Of a stretch of 64,000 nucleotides of DNA, positions 15,974-22,975 are shown piece by piece (the stretch's first letter is position 1; every line of letters starts with the position of its first letter). Source of the stretch: a virus (lineage: Duplodnaviria > Caudoviricetes). Below the pieces are notes generated by a model. It had not been told where the DNA came from, made no database searches, and saw only the letters and a list, made by a program, of their open reading frames with translations. The DNA is taken from IMG/VR virus record IMGVR_UViG_3300033121_001334, positions 1-64,000 of that record. One strand, given 5' to 3'. Position numbers and translations under genes: made by a program.

Positions 15974-16432
15974 ATGTCAAAGTATCAGGAAATGACCCCA
16001 GAAGAAATCGAAGAATACAGAAGAAAACGTAGAGAATATTACCAGAATCTAACAAAAGAAGAAAAAGAAAGAAGAAGAATACAAAGAAGAGAAAGACGTA
16101 GAAAAAATGGAAAACCAGAAAAAGAATTAGAAGCTAATAGAAAATGGGCTGCCAAAAACAATATCAAGATTCAAAAGCAAGCTCAAGATTTGAAACAAAA
16201 ATGTGTAGAACTAAAAGGTGGAAAGTGTTTTGCTTGCAATAATTCTTTCCCGTCTTGTGTTTTTGATTTTCACCATAGAGATGTTAATCAAAAAGAAGAA
16301 CAATTATCGGTTTTGATCTACAAAGCTCACGGAGAAATGACTCAAGAACTATTATCTGAACTTCATAAATGTGATCTCCTTTGCTCAAACTGTCATAGAA
16401 TACATCACCATGTGAAACAAAAAACCCCTTGA
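15974..16432 (+). CDS. HNH endonuclease (antisense to tRNA array)
   Basis: GGKCFACNN...FDFHHRD...KCDLLCSNCHRIHH; AAGGAG SD. Confidence 0.88.
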   Translation: MSKYQEMTPEEIEEYRRKRREYYQNLTKEEKERRRIQRRERRRKNGKPEKELEANRKWAAKNNIKIQKQAQDLKQKCVELKGGKCFACNNSFPSCVFDFHHRDVNQKEEQLSVLIYKAHGEMTQELLSELHKCDLLCSNCHRIHHHVKQKTP

Positions 16433-16499
16433 ATAAACTCAAGGGGTTCCGCAGACCTGTGGACATACAGCAAGTAGTCAACAGTCGCTACCCCTTGAG
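16415..16499 (-). promoter_or_regulatory. attenuator: antiterminator 16490-16499/16438-16447 versus terminator 16438-16447/16424-16432 + U tract
   Basis: CTCAAGGGGT pairs with ACCCCTTGAG (10 bp); ACCCCTTGA-GTTTAT-TCAAGGGGT-TTTTT. Confidence 0.8.
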
Positions 16500-16543
16500 G
16501 TAATGACATGCCAAATCACCTGATGTACAACTATGCTGTTCAT
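16478..16543 (-). CDS. attenuator leader peptide MNSIVVHQVIWHVITSRGSDC
   Basis: 21 codons, GGAG SD; codons 4-14 are Ile x3, Val x4, His x2, Trp, Gln. Confidence 0.75.
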   Translation of the reverse strand: MNSIVVHQVIWHVITSRGSDC

Positions 16544-16576
16544 TTCAAAAATCTCCGCCCAACATTGGGCTACCCA

Positions 16577-16605
16577 ACTGTATCGGCTTTTTCCGCAAAA
16601 GTCAA
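16577..16605 (-). promoter_or_regulatory. sigma70-type promoter TTGACT-N17-TACAGT
   Basis: -35 at 16600-16605, -10 at 16577-16582. Confidence 0.7.
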
Positions 16606-16743
16606 CAATCTTTTCACGCTTTCTCTAGTTTCCTAAAATCCTTCATTTTCCGCTTACGGAAACTAGGCCATTTTGGGAAACTGCTAAATGCGATTAAGAC
16701 CCCGATTCTCACCCATAACGATTATGCTTCACAAATTCCTTCT

Positions 16744-17142
16744 TTATTGCGAAACTTTTCCGTAAATTTCTGCGCTTTCAATCGTGCCTGTTGGAATAGT
16801 AATCAAAGATCTAAAACTGGGCTCTTTGTTTCCAGCTTCAAACATTGAGTCAACTCCAATAGTAACAAATTCTTTTTTTTCGCCTATAAAAGCAACAAAA
16901 CCGGAAGTGCAAACCTTGCTTGGCCCGTCAGGAACTTCGCCAGGCTTGAGTACAGAATCCGGATCGAATACTGCGCCCTTCCAAATAACCTGAACTATAT
17001 TCCCAATTTCAGCCTTGGCAAAAAACTCTTCAGAGTTCATAAACTTCTCCTTTACTATCATGTCTATCGACAAGAGAGTATTACAAGGAGAAAATCCAGA
17101 ATCCTCTTCAGTTCTGACTATTGAATTTACGAATCGCGCCAA
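16744..17142 (-). CDS. hypothetical protein (start probably further downstream)
   Basis: ORF track; Sm/SH3-like beta-rich segment. Confidence 0.55.
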   Translation of the reverse strand: MARFVNSIVRTEEDSGFSPCNTLLSIDMIVKEKFMNSEEFFAKAEIGNIVQVIWKGAVFDPDSVLKPGEVPDGPSKVCTSGFVAFIGEKKEFVTIGVDSMFEAGNKEPSFRSLITIPTGTIESAEIYGKVSQ

Positions 17143-17524
17143 TCAGTGTAGCGACTTCGATTTTCCAAAGCTCAGGAAACCTGACATTCTCTGGCATCCA
17201 AACATCAAAATGAACGTCCAGAATAGACTTGATATTTGCTCTACCAGCAGGATTCAAGCTATGAACAACAACAATCTTACCATGATGCTGCGTCATGTCT
17301 TTCAAGTGACGAGCAACAAAACGACCGTCCTCATGATCGTCTTTGGTAACATGATAATGCTCTTCTTCGAGATCGTGATCCAAATAGATCACATCATACT
17401 CGTTCTTTTTCAACAAGTCGATTGCTTCTTGCGCAGTGATAGCAAAGTCAACAACGCAGCCAATAGCTTTCTGTTGAAAGACATCTCGCCTGCTCTTCAT
17501 GTCGTCAAGGAACAAGATCCTCAT
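17108..17524 (-). CDS. cyclic-phosphate-processing receiver-domain protein
   Basis: MRILFLDD...EAIDLL...DVIYLDHDL...VVVHSLNPAG pattern. Confidence 0.7.
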   Translation of the reverse strand: MRILFLDDMKSRRDVFQQKAIGCVVDFAITAQEAIDLLKKNEYDVIYLDHDLEEEHYHVTKDDHEDGRFVARHLKDMTQHHGKIVVVHSLNPAGRANIKSILDVHFDVWMPENVRFPELWKIEVATLIGAIRKFNSQN

Positions 17525-17528
17525 TGAA

Positions 17529-17617
17529 TGCGGCAGGCGGGCGATAAACCCGCTTGCCCCTTTAGATTGCGTTTTCAAAATGCAACCAGCGCCTACCAAA
17601 CGTACAGGGCCTGCCGC
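17529..17617 (-). pseudogene. tRNA-like cloverleaf (Ser TGA-like, non-canonical T loop)
   Basis: 7-bp acceptor GCGGCAG/CTGCCGC + A; T-like arm GCGGG-TTTATCG-CCCGC; loop TTTGAAA. Confidence 0.5.
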
Positions 17618-17665
17618 ACTTCATTATCGACCAACGCCGCCCTGCCTCTCTGCTGTTCAGAAAGT

Positions 17666-18859
17666 TTAGTTCTCCTCGTCGCCGCCCTCGTCGTCGTCGT
17701 TGCGGCGACCTTCGCTGGTCAGCGACCAGCCGCCATTGTCGTCTCGGTCAGCCAGGCCTTGAGCCTTGTAGTTCGACAGGTTCTTGCTCAGCTTCTCGCG
17801 AGTAAGCTCAGGGAATTCGACAAGAAGCCTGTCGTAGATACCGCCAAGGTCCAGCCGAGAATGAGTTGTGAGAATGTCTTTGACGCTGGGAAACAGTCTC
17901 AGCCTCTTGCCTCTTTGGGGCTTGGTCTGCTTTGCGGTCTTGATAGAGGGATGTCCTCCAAGCTCGGCAACTCGTTGGTCGAGGGCTGCGAACTTCTGAA
18001 AAGCAAGTTCAACGGCGATTTGCGCTGCCTTGGCCGCTTTCTTTGCAAGACCATACTCGGCAACGGCCTTCATCCGCTCTTCTTCAGCGAGCTTGAGAGA
18101 GGCGCTGTCTTTGCCCAAAAGAACGTCAAGGTCGATGAGGTCGTCGTCGTCAAGGTCGATTGGAAACGAAGGCTGCGGCTTCGCAACCGCAAGAATGGAA
18201 GCGGGAATGGCCGGCGCAGTGGGGCGAGAAGGTTGAGCGACGGTTGGAGGTGTCGGCGGAGGTGTCTGCGGCTTGAATGGCAAGGCTTCGGGGGTAGAAG
18301 GAGCCGTCAGAACCTCAAGGAGAGCGTCATGGGCTTCCCCAATAGGCAAGAGCTTGGCGTCGTCTTGCATGGGAACCTTGTTGATTTTCCCAATCGCTCT
18401 CATGCCGTCGCCGTGGTCCCTCCACTTGTTGGCGAGATTGAAGTTCTGCGTCCAACGCCTTTCTTGCCCGGCCCAAACGGCTTTCATCTTCGCGCTGAAG
18501 ATGACAAACTCGCCAGAGGGAGCGCCAGTCGGGACAATGCTCGTTGGGATAGACAGTCTCTCTCCGAGCGGCTTCCGAAAATCAACAGCAGACGGCATAT
18601 TCATTACCTCCGTGATGTCAAAGTCGCAACCGCTCTTCCAAAGATAGATATTGGAGAGCTTTTCTTCTTCGTCATGTCCGTGCTTGAAGGGCCGAACGAT
18701 GGCCCTTCCATTGCCCAAGACCTTCTTGAGAATGCCCCTATTGGGCTTCCCCCTTATGTCTTTGTTGATGAGCTTGATATTGCAGATTCGCCCGCTCTGT
18801 TGAGCAAGCTCAAGGAGCTTGAGGGCTTGAGCTTCTGAAATTCCTTGACGGCTTTCCAT
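17666..18859 (-). CDS. hypothetical protein, Pro-rich linker, coiled coil and C-terminal winged helix
   Basis: 397 aa; LDLGGIYDRL...LSKNLSNYKAQGLADRDDNGGWSLT. Confidence 0.7.
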   Translation of the reverse strand: MESRQGISEAQALKLLELAQQSGRICNIKLINKDIRGKPNRGILKKVLGNGRAIVRPFKHGHDEEEKLSNIYLWKSGCDFDITEVMNMPSAVDFRKPLGERLSIPTSIVPTGAPSGEFVIFSAKMKAVWAGQERRWTQNFNLANKWRDHGDGMRAIGKINKVPMQDDAKLLPIGEAHDALLEVLTAPSTPEALPFKPQTPPPTPPTVAQPSRPTAPAIPASILAVAKPQPSFPIDLDDDDLIDLDVLLGKDSASLKLAEEERMKAVAEYGLAKKAAKAAQIAVELAFQKFAALDQRVAELGGHPSIKTAKQTKPQRGKRLRLFPSVKDILTTHSRLDLGGIYDRLLVEFPELTREKLSKNLSNYKAQGLADRDDNGGWSLTSEGRRNDDDEGGDEEN

Positions 18860-18912
18860 AGTCTAGAAGTCTAGGCCGAAAGTTTAGTCTTGGGCTTTCT
18901 CCGAGTGCAAAA

Positions 18913-18963
18913 TGGCCCCGATGGGATTCGAACCCCTACGCCTTTTTACGGGCTACGGATTTT
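18913..18963 (-). pseudogene. 3' half of split tRNA-Leu
   Basis: AAAATCCGTAGCCCGTAAAAAGGCGTAGGGGTTCGAATCCCATCGGGGCCA; long variable arm; pairs with GGCCCTG at 20026-20032. Confidence 0.82.
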
Positions 18964-19423
18964 TCACATTTCTTCCTCTCCAAGTTGGAGTCAATGCGTG
19001 GCAGTTGCAACACAAAAGTTCTAGATTTTCTTTTCGGTTATCAGTTCTATCACCATTTTTGTGTTCAATTTCTAAAGGAGCGATCTCTCCTTGCCATTCT
19101 GTTATTTTACACTTTTCACATTGATGACCTCGTTCCGAAATCAAATGTGGTTTTAAAGAAGAAAGCTTATTGTATTCTGACCAGTCTTTTAATCTTTTCC
19201 CAACGTTCCAAGCACTACCAGTCCAATGAGAACAATCCAGATTTAGCCTCTGGAGTGTTTTTCTCATATTGTTGTAGTTGCCACCTGCAACTCTGAGATC
19301 AAGGGCCTTCAAAAGCTCTGCCATCGAGTTGACTTCTTTACACTTTTGAATAATTTGTTCATCGGTGTAGCTTCTGTATTTTCTTGCCATAATCCACCTC
19401 CATAGATGGATTACAATTGGCAA
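18953..19423 (-). CDS. HNH endonuclease
   Basis: CEKC...LEIEHKNGDRTDNRKENLELLCCNCH; ORF ends in the tRNA 3' half. Confidence 0.9.
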   Translation of the reverse strand: MPIVIHLWRWIMARKYRSYTDEQIIQKCKEVNSMAELLKALDLRVAGGNYNNMRKTLQRLNLDCSHWTGSAWNVGKRLKDWSEYNKLSSLKPHLISERGHQCEKCKITEWQGEIAPLEIEHKNGDRTDNRKENLELLCCNCHALTPTWRGRNVKNP

Positions 19424-19456
19424 TCGAATTATCCTTCTTCGTCTACCAATTCCTAA

Positions 19457-19775
19457 TGGACTGACCGGGACTTGAACCCGGATGGTGTTTGAATACCTGC
19501 GGATTTTCTTACCACTTCAGCTTTCGCCGACTGCCCTTTTCCATCAAGGTACTTGGGGTCTTACGTTTGTGGTCTGGACTGTACCTTCATCCGTTCTGCT
19601 TCTTACGAAGAGTTTTGGATGACCCAATTGCAGTCTCTACGGCTTCCTTTGTAGGTTTGCCTCGGAATTGGGATTTTACACCGTTTCCCGATACTCTGGG
19701 TTTCATTTACAAGATTACTCTTGTAACGCTCAAATTGTCTAAGTCCGCTGCGTCTGCCAATTTCGCCATCAGTCC
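19457..19775 (-). tRNA. tRNA-Leu(TAA) with group I intron
   Basis: Exons 19741-19775 and 19457-19507 join to GCGGA-CT-TAA-AA-TCCGC. Confidence 0.9.
19508..19740 (-). mobile_element. group I intron (233 nt, no ORF) between anticodon positions 34 and 35
   Basis: 5' AGACAATTTGAGC recalls the cyanobacterial/plastid trnL intron; R CCGTAGAGACTG; S AAGGTACAGTCC; terminal G. Confidence 0.9.
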
Positions 19776-19782
19776 AATTATT

Positions 19783-19983
19783 CTATTCTTTGCGCGAATA
19801 ATTTTGCACAGACAATTTATCTATTTGTTCTTGTTGAGATTTAATAATACTTAAGATTTTCAAAAAATCTCCAGCCATAACAAAAAAAGTATTATCTCCC
19901 TTAATAGGAAATTTTCCTCCTTTACCAGCTTTATCCATTCTTTCTTTAACGTTTTGAATAAGTTCCTCAATCTCGTTCTTCAT
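19783..19983 (-). CDS. hypothetical protein (cassette cargo)
   Basis: 66 aa, GAAAGGA SD. Confidence 0.65.
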   Translation of the reverse strand: MKNEIEELIQNVKERMDKAGKGGKFPIKGDNTFFVMAGDFLKILSIIKSQQEQIDKLSVQNYSRKE

Positions 19984-19993
19984 ATTTGTCCTT

Positions 19994-20389
19994 TCAAAAA
20001 GTCCGATGCGTCTGCCGTTCCGCCACAGGGCCGATAATCTGAGAAACAGTCATTTTGCGAACAGGTAAAATGTTGTGGTCCAAGAAGTGATTGAGGCAAT
20101 CTTCCACTTCGTCCAAGAAGCTATCGCAGGCGGCAATTCTGTTAGAGGGAAGATCTTCTCTCATTTCAAGAATCGTTCTGTAAATCGAAATCAAGTCAAT
20201 AACTTTGCATTCGATTTTAGATTCTCGCGCAAAAGTAAAAGCGTCCGAAATGAGATCCAAATCGGGCTTTCTTGCGGATTTCAATGATTGAAATGCAGAA
20301 AGAGCTTTTTCTTTGCGAAGCTCGTTCTGGTTTGGAGAGTGAATATCTACTTTAATAGAACGAAAATCAAGAGTATCAAGCATCGTCAT
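19994..20389 (-). CDS. hypothetical protein reading through the tRNA-Leu 5' half
   Basis: 131 aa; C terminus GPVAERQTHRTF is encoded by the tRNA remnant. Confidence 0.6.
   Translation of the reverse strand: MTMLDTLDFRSIKVDIHSPNQNELRKEKALSAFQSLKSARKPDLDLISDAFTFARESKIECKVIDLISIYRTILEMREDLPSNRIAACDSFLDEVEDCLNHFLDHNILPVRKMTVSQIIGPVAERQTHRTF
19999..20032 (-). pseudogene. 5' half of split tRNA-Leu
   Basis: GGCCCTGTGGCGGAACGGCAGACGCATCGGACTT. Confidence 0.82.
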
Positions 20390-20391
20390 AA

Positions 20392-20465
20392 TAGCTCCAG
20401 AGAGATTCGAACTCTCAACCTTACCGCCTTAAACGGTTTGCCTCTGCCGATTGAGCTATGGAGCC
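20392..20465 (-). tRNA. tRNA-Leu(TAA), short variable loop
   Basis: AACCG-TTTAAGG-CGGTA; 74 nt. Confidence 0.82.
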
Positions 20466-20481
20466 AAAGTTTAGTTCTAAA

Positions 20482-20555
20482 TGCTCTTGAGTGGATTCGA
20501 ACCACTAACAACTAGATTCTGAGTCTAGCGCCTCTGCCGGTTGGGCTACAAGAGC
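20482..20555 (-). tRNA. tRNA-Leu(CAG), short variable loop
   Basis: CTAGA-CTCAGAA-TCTAG; 74 nt. Confidence 0.88.
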
Positions 20556-20568
20556 GAATTTTACTAAA

Positions 20569-20642
20569 TGCCCAGGACTGGATTCGAACCAGCACTGTAT
20601 TGATTTTGAGTCAATCGCCTCCTGCCGTTGGGCTACCTGGGC
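20569..20642 (-). tRNA. tRNA-Leu(CAA), short variable loop
   Basis: ATTGA-CTCAAAA-TCAAT; 74 nt. Confidence 0.88.
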
Positions 20643-20663
20643 TTTATTGAAGTATTTCCATAA

Positions 20664-20746
20664 TGCCCCTGAGAGGATTCGAACCTCCACGTCCTTTCGG
20701 ACACGAGATCCTAAGTCTCGTGCATCTGCCGTTTCGCCACAGGGGC
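20664..20746 (-). tRNA. tRNA-Leu(TAG)
   Basis: CGAGA-CTTAGGA-TCTCG; long variable arm GTCC-GAAA-GGAC. Confidence 0.93.
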
Positions 20747-20987
20747 CTATTTTATTTAGGCCATTTTACACGGACTTGTAAAATTCCAGACAGCTTTGAT
20801 GTCTTCTTCAATCGGAAACTCATGCGATCTATTTCCGTCAACAATAACCTCTTTTACTGATTCAGTAACGCAAATTGCAGAAACTAATTTTTGAAGCTCG
20901 CTCAGAACATCGACCTGAAAATTGTAAGTGTCCTCAGTGGTTATAACAACGATTCTTTTTGTACTCATTATGATCCTTTCTTTTAAA

Positions 20988-21071
20988 TGGCCTTGACAGG
21001 ACTCGAACCTGCACTCTCTTGCGAGAACCACCACCTCAAGGTGGCGCGTCTGCCAATTCCGCCACAAGGCC
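20988..21071 (-). tRNA. tRNA-Leu(GAG)
   Basis: CCACC-TTGAGGT-GGTGG; long variable arm CTC-GCAA-GAG. Confidence 0.93.
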
Positions 21072-21080
21072 TTATGTACC

Positions 21081-21145
21081 AAAAGAAAAACCCCATCTTT
21101 TTAGGGATGGGGTTCGTGTGCATCTACGCAACGACTTCCATCCCT
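21081..21145 (-). promoter_or_regulatory. attenuator: antiterminator 21138-21145/21103-21110 versus terminator 21106-21112/21091-21097 + U tract
   Basis: AGGGATGG pairs with CCATCCCT; CCCCATC-CCTAAAAA-GATGGGG-TTTTTCTTTT. Confidence 0.82.
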
Positions 21146-21196
21146 TTATTCAAGGAGTAGGAGGCCGCATAACAAGCTGTTGAAGTTAGTATTCAT
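21146..21196 (-). CDS. leucine attenuator leader peptide MNTNFNSLLCGLLLLE
   Basis: 16 codons with 6 Leu (TTG TTA CTC CTA CTC CTT); probably a leaderless mRNA. Confidence 0.8.
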   Translation of the reverse strand: MNTNFNSLLCGLLLLE

Positions 21197-21202
21197 GGTT
21201 GA

Positions 21203-21230
21203 ACTATATACCTTTTCGGCTAGAAGTCAA
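21203..21230 (-). promoter_or_regulatory. sigma70-type promoter TTGACT-N16-TATAGT
   Basis: -35 at 21225-21230, -10 at 21203-21208, 6 nt before the leader ATG. Confidence 0.7.
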
Positions 21231-21372
21231 AAAATCCTTCAACGAACACGAAAGAATTTTGTGAGTTTTCACCGATTGAGCTTTTTTGGTTTCCGGAAAA
21301 TTACAAGGAATCTCAATCCCGCAATAAGGACAAAATATCTGTCCAAGCGTTTTTTCTCCGCAAACAAGACAA

Positions 21373-22032
21373 TCACTTGATCTTGTAATAGCGGATCGCT
21401 TCTTCCAAATCCAACGCCTCAAGCTCGCCCAGAGAAATAAAAACACAACCCCGCTGCTTATAGATAAGAGGATTATGCCAGTGTCCATGTACGAGTATCC
21501 TAGGCATATGAGCATGAATCATCGAATCAAGCAAGAAAGCTGTGGAGTTACCCTTTGGTTCGCCCCAGCCCTCATTGTTGCGGTCATAAGTACAAGAAGC
21601 AGCCTTGGCAATCTGATGAAGCCTAAACGGAGCTTCATGACAAATCAGAATATCAGGCTTGTTGTTGATGTAGTCATCAAGAGCAAGCTCCATAGCCTCC
21701 CGATTAAGTTGCTCGTCAGGCCACCAATCAACTCCCTCTTTTCTCCACTTCTTATCAACAGAATCAGCGCCAGCAACAATGTACAGCCCATTCCACATGC
21801 CATACTCAACGGCATACTGCGGATGCGCTCTGCAAATGGCTGGATTGTCATGATTTCCGCGAAAGAAACGAAAGTTCGCAGGCAGCTTTGGTTCTCGACC
21901 AGGAAAGCCAATACCAACGTCGCCAAGACCAAGAACAGTCTTGTTCGCGTACTTATCGCAGACGTTCTTGAGCATGGACCATTTCCCATGAACGTCGCCA
22001 ACAATCACAATATCATTCAGGCTTGGATTCAT
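21373..22032 (-). CDS. calcineurin-like metallophosphoesterase
   Basis: GDVHG, GDVG, GNHD, HGHWH motifs. Confidence 0.9.
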   Translation of the reverse strand: MNPSLNDIVIVGDVHGKWSMLKNVCDKYANKTVLGLGDVGIGFPGREPKLPANFRFFRGNHDNPAICRAHPQYAVEYGMWNGLYIVAGADSVDKKWRKEGVDWWPDEQLNREAMELALDDYINNKPDILICHEAPFRLHQIAKAASCTYDRNNEGWGEPKGNSTAFLLDSMIHAHMPRILVHGHWHNPLIYKQRGCVFISLGELEALDLEEAIRYYKIK

Positions 22033-22462
22033 CTCTCAAAACTTTCTGGAACTGATACAGCGCCGCTCCTTCTAAACACTGCTTTGCAAGACCAAACAAA
22101 ACGCTCAATCTGTCAAGCGTTAGTCCGGCTCTCTTTGCAATACCGCCCAGAAGAAGCTCTCGCTGTTTTTCGTCCAAAAGCTGAGAGGTGGTGTCAATCG
22201 CCACCAAAATGCGCAAGAATCCAACAAGCTCGTCTTCTTCCAACGGAGGGTCAATCTCTTCGTCATTGCCCAAAAAATCGGTCAGCTTCACAAGCTCGCA
22301 ATCCTGATAAGGGTTTGCGATGTAGTTAGCGACCTCTTCCGTGAAAGAAGTATCAACGCCAATGAAGCCGCCGTCCACCTTATGAATATCAAGATGAATA
22401 ACCTGACCCGGATTATCAGGGTCAGCTACCTCGATAGTCTTGATGTACTGGCTAATCTTCAT
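22013..22462 (-). CDS. hypothetical protein
   Basis: 149 aa, overlapping start/stop with neighbours. Confidence 0.7.
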   Translation of the reverse strand: MKISQYIKTIEVADPDNPGQVIHLDIHKVDGGFIGVDTSFTEEVANYIANPYQDCELVKLTDFLGNDEEIDPPLEEDELVGFLRILVAIDTTSQLLDEKQRELLLGGIAKRAGLTLDRLSVLFGLAKQCLEGAALYQFQKVLRDESKPE

Positions 22463-22914
22463 GATTCGTCTTCTGTTCCGCCGTCGCCAAAGATTCGCTC
22501 TCGAACCCTGTCATGGATAGCATAGTCAACCTCAAAGAAGGCGTCAACTTGCCGTCCCATTTCAAGAGCTTTTTCGATTTCATTTGCGCCGCTATTGGAA
22601 AGCACAATCTTCTTGCCGGTAATCCTTTCAAGGGAAGCGATAACCCGCTTCATACCTTCGACAGGATCAACATTGGCAATCGTCCTGAACGACGGAGCCA
22701 GGTCCGCAAATGATGTTGCGTAAACTTGATTGAACGCAAGGTTTTCTCGGTATTCCGTCAGCGCCCAAGAGTTCGGCGTTGCGGAAACACCATAACGATA
22801 GCTCAAGGTCTCGCCCTTGCTGCGAGGCCCTTCAGACTTGCGAGTTTTCCAGTCGTCCGAAAGGTGACAAAGCACCTTTTCGTTCTCGGCTTGCTTCGGT
22901 AAATCAACTTTCAT
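22459..22914 (-). CDS. hypothetical protein
   Basis: 151 aa, motif upstream. Confidence 0.7.
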   Translation of the reverse strand: MKVDLPKQAENEKVLCHLSDDWKTRKSEGPRSKGETLSYRYGVSATPNSWALTEYRENLAFNQVYATSFADLAPSFRTIANVDPVEGMKRVIASLERITGKKIVLSNSGANEIEKALEMGRQVDAFFEVDYAIHDRVRERIFGDGGTEDES

Positions 22915-22975
22915 ATGCTACATATAGTAGCAGAAAGTTTAGTCTTGGCAAACCAAACTGTGGTTTCTCAAAGAA

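Noticed and set aside
17528-18838. Long plus-strand ORFs (also 835-1518, 4853-5674, 6102-6797, 12310-13173, 21475-22329, 46971-47816)
   Set aside because: Antisense shadows of well-supported minus-strand genes, with no motifs or RBS
21081-21112. IS200/IS605 end hairpin
   Set aside because: No tnpA/tnpB nearby, and the hairpin is explained as the attenuator terminator
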